Shown: one piece after another, positions 12,248 through 23,600 of the stretch
Layout of the letters: every line of letters begins with the position of its first letter
How positions within the stretch are numbered: position 1 is the stretch's first letter
Assembly (NCBI GenBank): GCA_051362555.1
Contig: CM120645.1
Location: 12,338,001 to 12,402,000, forward strand
Source of the DNA: Lingula anatina
Lineage: Eukaryota > Animalia > Brachiopoda
Length of the DNA stretch: 64,000 nucleotides
Direction: 5' to 3'
The notes under the pieces: model-generated
What the model saw: only the letters and a program-made list of their open reading frames with translations
Told to the model about the DNA's origin: nothing
Databases searched by the model: none
Program-made: the position numbers and the translations under genes

Positions 12248-14648
12248 ATAATCCTGACCTGACACAGAGCTGTACCAAAGTACCAATTTCTACAGCATGC
12301 TACAAACAGACAACCTTAGTACTGTATAATAAAAATAATTGTGAAAATAATTGTGAATAATCTGGAAAGTTCTTTTCAATGTGAACATAATGGAAGCTGT
12401 GTGGATTGCATGACATATGGGAAGGCACTTCGGAATAAAATAATCTGGATTAATTTGAAGAACAAAATTGTATAATTGTTCCTAATTGCATAGTGACTTC
12501 TTAGTGATGAAAAAGTAAAATGTACAATAAATATTCTTGGTGTCATATCCTCTTTTGTAAAAATTTGTTGTATAGTGCTATTTGACTGAATCCTTAACAA
12601 AAATATTTTGACTGGGACTTTCATTCTAATGAAAAAAATCTTGACATAAAATGTAAGATAAAGGCAAGAAATATAAAAGAAGTTAAAACAAACTTCAACA
12701 AAAATATTCCCCAGGATTTCACATCTATAAAAGTCCTTATTCAAATTAATTAAGATACTTTTCAAAAATACTCATACAAAGTACATTCTACATATTCAGC
12801 TACCAGAGCAAATATTCTGCACATAAAAGTACCATCCAGAAATTATTAAAAACAAAGATGGGGAGAATAATTCTTGTGTTAAAAACTTAAAATACAACCT
12901 TGATCATGTTCTGTGTGAGTAAACCTCGATTTGTACACAGTGGAACCTTGTTTTACATCTCACTGGTATACATCAGTGTGAATTAATGCAATTCAGTGAC
13001 TCACGTACTGCCCAAAACATATGAGTACAGTACTAATTGATCTACTCATCATTAACTGTTAACATTAACACTCAGTCTGCAACATTGATAATTGCATACA
13101 AGTAGGGAAGAAACCTCCATACATTTGATCTTCCTAAGATAGATATTATATATATTTAAGCTTAATTGATGAACAGTATCACTCTCTGTACAGCGACAAA
13201 ACACATACATCTTTGGTTGATCACATAGTATATTTCACGGCCATTCTGCCATATGACCACTTGTGACATTCAATGGTATAAAAATTCGATATTTTATATA
13301 TTACAATGTACAACTCCCCTGATTTCTGGCAAACAACACACCAGCGAGGTCACAAATGCCTAAATTGCACTTATTTCCTATGCAGGGAAAGCATTATTAA
13401 AAGGCTAGACCAGCCCACAGCAATGTGAGAAAGCAAGCTGTATTGGACAGGTCAAAAAGCATCTATCACTGCGGCACCAGTTTTGTTCAAGCAGAGTAAT
13501 ACATGATACTGAAGACACCATCAATAGTTTATCTATGTACAGATTACTTTTTTGCATATTGACTGATTGTCTTATTTTCCTGCACTATCGACAAGCTGCC
13601 CTCCAGAATATCCAACACATCCATCTCGTGTCAGATAACAGAATCAATTCCAGACATGCTTCCAAATAGGGGATGCTGGCAGAAGATAAAACCCACCACT
13701 GATATCAGTGAGTACAAATCAAATGTGTTGAACACATTTAAAGTTGTTTCACAGTTCCAATCCCCATAAAGACTGGCAAATGTACTCTACTTCATGCCAT
13801 CATTCTTTGGTCATGGTGCACTGGTATCACTGAACACTGCAACATTGTATCACTGTATGTTGTTACACTGTATCACTGCACACTGCTACATTGTAAATCC
13901 CCATGACAAATAATCTGATGTCTTTGATAGTTGGCAGGGATTCCAAATTGTGACAAGTACTGTAATGGAAGACTGTTCTCTTCACTGACGTATCCCTTGC
14001 TCTTGATGTCTAAATCCATTGGTTTTTGTCTTGAATGAGACAAATGAGCGAGCTGTTTCCTGTTCTACAGTGAGCAAGTAATAGGTAGTATTTACAGCTT
14101 AAAAATTAATGATACATTATATCTAGCAGCCAGATGTATCTTTTTTAAAACATGGAGGATTTGCCTCCTTTTCATCACAATTCGGTGCTGCAAGCAAAAT
14201 GAATTGTCATATGAACAGCACTGTAAAAAATGTGTGACAATGAATAAGTAAATAAATTCTTCTTTTCTGCATTTCTGAGAGTGAACATATCAGTCAATGA
14301 TAGTGCAGTATGCTTTGATCACACTTGTAAGTCTGGATAATAAATCACAGTAAAAACAGCAGTCTCTTGTATTCAGCATTTCAACTTCTGCACTTTTGCT
14401 GCAGGCTGTAGGTTTGTCTTTTCTTGATCCAAGGCTCCCTCTTTTCTTTTGTTCTCCAGCAATTGTCTCAGAACTGATCAAACTTCAGTTTCTTATTTTG
14501 ACAAATAATTATGACTTTTTCATTCCAGCTTACTGTCTGTAAATGTCAAATAATGCGCATCTCTTGTGCCGGACCACTTACATATTTTTAAAAGCATTTT
14601 TGGTTTTATTTCATCAATCTTTTTGAAAATTGATATTCTGGAAAGACC

Positions 14649-17600
14649 TTAGACAAACTGTACATGTCTCATATCATCAGACTTGAAGTTAATTTCTGCA
14701 TAGCCGTCCTTCTCTCCCCTCACTGTGTCGGCCACAGCCTCAAACTTCATGGGGAGCCTCTGTTTGGATGCCTCGGGAGAGTCCTGCAGCTCTTCATAAA
14801 TCTGAACAAGGGAGTACAATATTTAGAACAGATGGATGGATGACAGGCATTTTAAAGTGGTTGTATCAAATATTTGACAGATTTAAAGTCTCACATTACA
14901 CCACCAATATTTGAAAGTCAGAAATTCCTTTAATGATGTTTTCAAATTAATTTTTTTAGATAAAACATAAACTAAGAATTCTTTTCATGATTCATTACTG
15001 TACAAATTTGTGTAAAACTAGTACATTGTTGTTATACAAATTGACCCTCCCAGTCACACCTTACCTCATCATGATATGTGGTAGCATAGTGGTAAACCTC
15101 CCACACAGCCGTGGTCTTGTTGAACTGTGTACAGCATGTCTGGAATAGAATTAAACATGCTTAAATCTACAGTTCATATCACATACTACGATATAACCAC
15201 AGTCCCATCACAAAATATTAAATTCATAAAAGGTAAATCATGTTAACATGAATAATTTCTATGTTGCTATCTTAATTTTTATTAAATATCACAAACATCA
15301 CAGAATTGTTTGCCACTGATAGCACGAAATATTCCTGTACTTATGAATGTTTTCTTAAGGATATCAGAGTTGAGACTAATTTGAGTTTACAATAACTCTT
15401 CCACTATATATCTCAATGTTTTATATTTCTTCCTACCCTGGACAGCTCATTCATGGCAATAGCCATCTCCTGGTCACTGACAGCAGGCATATCCTTGATG
15501 GAGTTGTAGAACCTCTGCACCTTCTCTTTGTAGCGGGGAATGTCTTTGGCAAACAGCAGCTTGTTGGAAGGAGAATCCTGGACAGATATCAAACAATATA
15601 ATGTGTTATAATGGAATCACAAAATACAAGAACTATATCATTTTGTATTATATATTATTATTAAAATACTTATTAAGCAATACATATATACAGACAGGGG
15701 TCTACTTAATCTGTTAAAAATTTCAGAATCTTTTCAAGTTTGCGACCATGACAACCCTGTTCTCAAACATGCTTTCAAATGAAAACAAATATGAAATTTT
15801 TCATTTTATGAAAATATCCAGTGAACAACCAAACATAATGAATGAGGTGACTTGGACTGTCAAATCACAATACAGTTCACATTTCTATTACACGTAGCAA
15901 GAGCCAATGGCTAAACAAATGACATCACAAAGTATGGCACCATCCTGTCCATACAAGCAGAGAGGGTTTACTGACCTTGCCTAGCCTGTGTTCTGATGTT
16001 GAGCAGGAATCAATGAAAGTTTGTGCTATCACAGAGAGACAGGAGTCTGTGATGTGAGACACCTGGATGTCAAACAGGAAGTCTGGGTTCTTGATGATGT
16101 TCACCCAGAACCTCAGAGGCAAGCTGGAGGAAAGAAAAAAAGATTTGAACTGACTGAATGTGGAACAGAAAATAATCTTATTTAATTGGGTTTGTCTTCA
16201 AAATCTTTCATATTTGTGAGCTGTAAAATTGATTAAATTGTGCCAACCATCCTTCTAATGAAAAAAATTACAGACAGAGCAACATGGAAATCATAAAAAA
16301 TTCAAAGGGAAATGTTGGCAATGAAAATTGTCACGTTTCCAAAAACAGATATTATAACTAAGTTTCAACCCAAGTGTTTAATCCATTTATAACCGAAGCA
16401 ATATTTTTTAACTGATAAAATGAAAAAAGTTAACAAATCAAATTATCTTAATATCTACTGTACAATTCATGGGGCATTTCAGCAAATAAAATAACCAATA
16501 TCAGCCTCTCTAGTACCTGTTATTTTTCCAGGTATGTACCACCTCAGGGTCTGAGATACCATGTCTTCTGGCCTGCTCATCCAGGAAGTCAAACAGGTAC
16601 TTTATACATGGTGGCAGGGAGCCGTTCACAGCCAGAATGTTCTCAAACAGGTCATCGATGAACTTTTGTAATGTGCCCTGAAAAAGAGGATGGAGTTATA
16701 AACAGCAGTCATAAACTAGTGAAAAACATTTTCCCTAATATTAAAATTTATTTCCCTAAATAAATTGCAGAAAATACATTGTGACAGCCTTTTTTGTGAC
16801 TGACACATCACATTTTAAATGACAGTAAACAAAATATCAATTTTGAACATTGGTAAAACCGGGTAACAAAAACTGTCCGTCTTTACCTGAGCAACAATAT
16901 TCTATATATACTAAAACAGTGGCCATTAAATAAAAACACTGATGGGCTCAAATTGAATTGGAGACTTGATATCTTAAAAGTCTTACCTTAGTGGACAACA
17001 GCCTTGTAAGAAAGATTTCAGATATCACTTTGTGCCCATGTTTTTGTATTGTGCCATCATCTTGAGGTTTGGTCTGCAAGAAAATACATCAAGAAATTAG
17101 CAAGATATCAACATCACATCCACATATAAACAAGCCTTAAATGCAAGGTTAACTTGTTCGATGCCAAAGAAGTAAATCTGATCATGATTAAGCATAAATG
17201 TTATGTGATTAAAAAGTTTTTAAAGAGACTAAAGACCTTTTCTGCCAAGAGACTAAAGAACTTAACTGCCTATGAGGAATGTACTTTTAACCCTTTATTA
17301 AAACCCATTTCACAGAGGTTTATGAACTGTTTTATCAAAATTAAGACCAATTTCCCTAAATTACCAGATGATAAGCCTTGGCCCCTTGTTCCACATCTTG
17401 TACCATTGGTGTGGAGGAATTCACTGACATGAACGTGCTCTCCATATTACCTGAAATAAAGATTACAATGAAAAAGAGATTGTAGATATGTTTTAAAAGG
17501 TAAAGGTTGGGTTTAATGCCTGTTATCCACAATAAATGAAATCAGCATGAGTTACAATTTATGCGTGATCTCATTTGTATAGTTCACTCTTGAAATAATC

Positions 17601-20600
17601 TTAGCTCTATGGCCTTCATACAATCCATACAATCACATTAACTACAGGAAAGTAAGACAAAACTTGTTTCAATCATCAGATGAAAAAGAACACAAAAGAA
17701 CCACCCCACTTACTGTTAGTAGACCTGAGTGTGTTGTTGTGGCTGTCTACCAGAGCCATCTGTGCCCCGTCTGACACCTTGTAGTGGACCAACGTGTTGA
17801 TACGGCGCCACCCATCCTCGTACTCTGACGTCACATCCTGGTCCTGCAGGACAAGATGGCCTCCACGGCCATGACGCCATTCTGGAATACAAATGGTGGT
17901 ATCACTGCATGTGTTTTTTTAATTTCTTTTTTTCCTTTTAGGAACAACAGTTGCTTCATGAAGTATACAAATCATTATTTCTAAATTATCTTCATCAAAA
18001 GTAGTCTTCTTTCTACAGCAACACAAATTCTCTTCAATTTCATTCTACATGAATTAGTTAAGCTATGCTATTAATATTCCAGTGAGATGAATTTGCCTTA
18101 ATTACACTAACTATTAGTATTTAGGCTAAGTTACAGGAATCACTATCTCTATGTACATGTCCCTGGTAGAAATAATTACATTAAAATTTACATGATTAGA
18201 TATCAACAGAAATCCCACATGTGTATACCAACAGTGGCTATACCATACCTAAATCTAAGGTTTCAGCTGGGGGTCGCCGTGAGAAGGGTGTGTTCTTGTA
18301 CATAGCATCCAGCAGCTTTCCCTTTACTTGTGTAATACTGTCACAGTCCAATACCCGGCACTGCAGCATCTCTCCTCCCTCCTGGACTACATTCAGGGTC
18401 TACAAGACAAATATTGAAATATATACAATATCATACTATATAAGTATACTATCACTGGTGTATCATTCATGTAAAAATATCAATATTCTTGACATATAAT
18501 ATCTATGTATAATACCATGCATTAGTTTTATAAAAGATGCACAGGGAACTTGTAAGCAGGTAAAGAGTGGTTCAGAAAAAAAAAAAGAAAGAACAAGGCA
18601 GCAAAGCTGTCAAATGTACAGACAAAAAACAGAAAATAAAGATGCAAAAAAGGTCATTTTGTCAATTTTGATGCAATAATAAATAATGCTTATAATAGCA
18701 CTGTCAGTCAACACTGAATTTTAATCTTGCACAACAGGTAACATGGTCAATAACAGGAGCGGACCCAGAGATATTTTCTGACAGTATTACGAATCTATGT
18801 TGATCCATCCTCCATTTTGATGGTCTTCCAACAGAAAAAAATAGATACCAGTCAATATAAACTTAATAACCTGACTGTCTTCCGGAAGACCCAGAAGATG
18901 GTCTCAATCCACCCCTTCAATAAGATTACAGTTTCAGGACCATGAGAGTTCAAATTCACATTATGAAAGTCTCAATATTTGAAAAATGATGAAAGTGCAT
19001 AAAATAATATTACATAATGTTTAAAGACATAAAAAACAATACAACTGCTTATGTAGAAATACAGAAAATGTGCAGAGCCCCAGGCAGATGAGAGCCTGCC
19101 TGGGGCTAAAAGTCACAAATGCAAGTGTTTGAGAAAAAATTATAAAGGAAAACAACAAAACTAGAAAAGCACTTTGAGAGTGCAGACCTCTGCCAAGGCA
19201 GCAATTGTTGATTATTATTGATAATTGATTGATTATTGATCCGGACCACCACCAAAAATTAATCATTGTCCTCTTTGGCCCACTTCCGGCAGTTCCTGAA
19301 AATTTCTGCAAAATCAGTCCATAACTTTTTGTGTTATGTGGATGACAGACAAACAGGGGTGAAAATATAACCTCCTTGGCAGAGCTTGAGGTAAATATAA
19401 TTCCAATGAAGCTGCTATTCAAACTTTTAATCTTCCAGTTTGATATATATACATATATATATATATATATAAAAAACTTATTTGCAATATTAAACAAAAT
19501 TTACCTGCATAATTATCACTGCTTCCTTATTATTAATCTAGCAGAGAGCTTTACCTTTGGAAGTTTACAGGGAAATATCAACAAGTGTGCTTTACGTAAT
19601 CTCATTTAATGGCCTATTAAAGCAAATGACTTTATAACTCTGAAATTAATCTAGTGATACCCAAGGGTAATTTACAGACTGACCCACTCAAAGGTCTTCA
19701 GGCCCATAAGTCACACCTTAAGAAAAGCACAAAACCATAATGCCCAAAATAGGAGACTACCAATCCTGATGCAATAATACATTATGTCAACATCAACTTA
19801 TGCACAACAGGTAACACAGACGAAAGTAAAAGCATAAGGCTTCAGGCCCATCAGAGTTCAAGTTTATACTTAGAAAGTGCCAGAATGAGAAAAATGAAAA
19901 TTTCACAAAAAATGCATAAATACAATAAACATGATAATCCAATAGAGCTGGTTTTCTCATGAGCTGAAGGCCAATCCTAAAAATCGTACTTGTAAGTTAA
20001 AAATTATAATAAGTAGCACAGTTTTCTTTTCATAATGTTTGCAGTAGCAGTGCAAAAAGATTGTCAATTTTGATGTAACATTACATAATAAATTAGAGAA
20101 TAATTATCATCAATTTTTGTTTATTGACTATAAATAGGATGGACATGTAGAAAATATGATTACCATTTGGCTTCATGTCCATGGGAGCTCCGAGTCCCAC
20201 AATGAATATGCCAAAAAAGATAATGAATATAACACTAAAATGTATAGCTTCCAGAAAAAGAAGCCAATTAGACTGCTTTTCTAACTCAGGCTGCATTTTA
20301 GTCCTGTGTTTCTTTTTTGAAAGTTTGACAGTTATAAGTAACACGGTTTTTCCATAATGGTCATCAAGGCAGCAGCACCAAAAATTGTTTTCTTCTATTT
20401 TGATGCAACATTACATAATGCTTAACAGCATAATGACCATCGATTTTTAATAATAAAATATAAGTGTCATGGATTTTCATAAAATGTGACTAGCACGGGT
20501 CTTCAAGCCCGTGGAGGTTCTAAGTCACACCTTGGAAATGCCAATATGTGAAAAATTAAATTTTCACAAAAAACTGTTTAATTGCCAGAAAAATTTACCA

Positions 20601-23600
20601 AACAGACTGCATTGCCTACTGAAGCTGTATTTTAGACCCACGTTTCTTTCCTGTAAGTTTGAGAACAGTAATTGACATGATTTTTGTTAAATGGTCATCA
20701 TGGGAGCAGTGCCCAAAATAGGGGTTTCTTCAAATTTTGATGCAACATTACATAATGTTTAACAGCATAATGACCATCAATTTTTAATTATAAAATATTA
20801 GTATCATGGATATTCAGGAAATGTGACAAGCAAAGGTCTTCAGGATCATGGAACTTCAAAGTCACACCTTGAAAATGCCAATAAGTGAAAAATTAAATTT
20901 TCACAAAAAACTGTTTAATTGCCAGAAAAATTTACCAAACAGACTGCATTGCCTACTGGAGCTGTATTTTAGTCCCATGTTTCTTTCCTGTAAGTTTGAG
21001 AACAGTAAGTGACATGATTTTCCTTAAATGGTCATCATGGGAGCAGTGCCCAAAATAGGGGTTTCTTAAAATTTTCATGCAATATTACATAATGTTTTAC
21101 TGCATAATGACCATCAATTTTTAATTATAAAATATTAGTATCATGGTTATTCAGAAAATGTGACTAGCAAAAGCCTTCAGGCCCATGGAACTTCAAAGTC
21201 ACATATTGAAAATGCCAAAATGTAAACAAGACAGCACTGTTCTGAAATGGGTTTATTTCCATTTTTAACACTTTTTAAACATAAAACAACATAAACAGTT
21301 TACTGCCATTTTTATATGACCAATGAAGAAAATTGATGAGATGGGAAAAGTATCAATAGAACAGTTTTAAATGTCCAACTTCCTCCATTCTGAGATTCTG
21401 AACATAGTGGATGAATACATCTGACAAACTGCAATGATATGAGTTTATTTCCATTTTTGACACTTTATTACACAATACATGATAACAAGTTTACCATCAT
21501 TTTTACAAAATCAACTAACAATGTTGTAAAGATGCAGGAAATGCCAAACAAACACATTTACGTATCTTATTAGTTCAATAATGAGACTGTTAACATGCCT
21601 AAGAATTGAATGTGAGGAAATGTGAAAAAACAGCATTACCTTTTAAAATAATGGACTGATTACGCTGATTTTCAAACTCAACCTGCGTTTTAGTAAGATT
21701 GGCCCCTCCTGTGAGTATAATGACAATTGGCCAATCTGTTTTTCTTATATTGTGTTATCAGTGTTGCATATATACTGAAAAAAGTGAAAAAAAAAACAGC
21801 ATAAATTCCCTATAAGTGACCCGATCGTGCTGATTTTCGAACTTGACCTGCGTATTATGAATATTTATCAGTTCTGTAAGTTTCAAGCCAAAGGGTAAAA
21901 CAGCTCTTCATTTATTGTGTTATCAGTGTTGCAAAAATGCTGAAAAAAAGTGAAAAAATAGCCTAAATTCACTAAAAATGACCCAATCATGCTGATTTTC
22001 GAACTTGACCTGCATATTATGAATATTCATCAGTTCTGTAGGTTTCAAGCCAAAAGGTCAAATGGTTTTCCATTTATGGTGTTATCCGTGCTGCATATAT
22101 GCTGAAAAAAGAGAAAAAATAGCCTAAATTCACTAAAAATGACCCAATCACGCTGATTTTCGAACTTGACCTGCGTATTATGTATATTCATCAGTTCTGT
22201 AAGTTTCAAGCCAAAAGGTAAAATGGTTTTCCACTTATTGTGTTATCGGTGCTGCATATATGCTGAAAAAAGTGAAAAAACAGCATAAATTCCCTATAAG
22301 TGACCCGATCATGCTGATTTTCAAACTCAACCTGCGTTTTAGTAAGATTGGCCCCTCCTGTGAGTATAATGACAATTGGCCAATCTGTTTTTCTTATATT
22401 GTGTTATCAGTGTTGCATATATACTGAAAAAAGTGAAAAAAAAACAGCATAAATTCCCTATAAGTGACCCGATCGTGCTGATTTTCGAACTTGACCTGCG
22501 TATTATGAATATTTATCAGTTCTGTAAGTTTCAAGCCAAAGGGTAAAACAGCTCTTCATTTATTGTGTTATCAGTGTTGCAAAAATGCTGAAAAAAAGTG
22601 AAAAAATAGCCTAAATTCACTAAAAATGACCCAATCATGCTGATTTTCGAACTTGACCTGCGTATTATGAATATTCATCAGTTCTGTAGGTTTCAAGCCA
22701 AAAGGTCAAATGGTTTTCCATTTATGGTGTTATCCGTGCTGCATATATGCTGAAAAAAGAGAAAAAATAGCCTAAATTCACTAAAAATGACCCAATCACG
22801 CTGATTTTCGAACTTGACCTGCGTATTATGTATATTCATCAGTTCTGTAAGTTTCAAGCCAAAAGGTAAAATGGTTTTCCACTTATTGTGTTATCGGTGC
22901 TGCATATATGCTGAAAAAAGTGAAAAAACAGCATAAATTCCCTATAAGTGACCCGATCATGCTGATTTTCGAACTCGACCTGCGTATTATGAATATTCAT
23001 CAGTTCTGTAAGTTTCAAGCCAAAAGGTACAATGGTTTTCCACTTATCGTGTTATCGGTGCTGCATATATGTTGAAAAAAGTGAAAAAACAGCATAAATT
23101 CCCTAAGAGTGACCCGATCATGCTGATTTTCGAACTTGACCTGCGTATTATGAATATTCATCAGTTCTGCAAGTTTCAAATCAAAAGGCAAAATGGTTTT
23201 CCACTTATCGTGTTATCGGTAAAAGTGCACGGCGACGGCGACGGCGACAGCGACGACGGCGACGACAGACGCAGATGATGGCTATATGTACAGACACATC
23301 TGTGTCTGTACATAAAAAGGAAAAAAAAAAACACTGTACTCACAATGCTCTTTAGTTCTATTTTCTCTCTGAGCAGCCTCTCCTCAGACAAGGAGTACCT
23401 GGCATCTGCAGTGACCACATCCACTGGACCCTTCTCCATCTGGTGCTTGATGGACTTGTACAGCATGAACAGAGGGTTGCCTGTGGAGGTCTGGAACAGG
23501 AAGGACAGAGGTGAAATAGGTTGAGGGTTGCACTGCATGATTGTATATTGTAAAATAAGGCTTACATAAGCATAAAGGTTAACATAAATTTCTCTCCCTC

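Larger units (their letters stand above)
18592..23318 (-). mobile_element. Helentron-associated non-autonomous element (HINE/DINE-1-like), family A copy 1, ~4.7 kb composite
   Basis: On the - strand: T-run, subTIR/IR hairpin ATGTACAGACACA-GA-TGTGTCTGTACAT, (GTC/GCCGTC)n microsatellite, tandem-repeat core, inverted subTIR GTCTGTACAT, terminal stem-loop GACAGC-TTT-GCTGCC, end TTGTT. Homologous to 34120-35549 and 63847-end. Confidence 0.85.

Noticed and set aside
13820-13895. Degenerate ~8-bp repeat (cactgtat-like)
   Set aside because: Short low-complexity slippage with no evidence of function.
19021-19497. 158-aa minus-strand ORF as a possible transposase fragment
   Set aside because: Crosses nested non-coding repeats; no Rep/helicase or DDE motifs.
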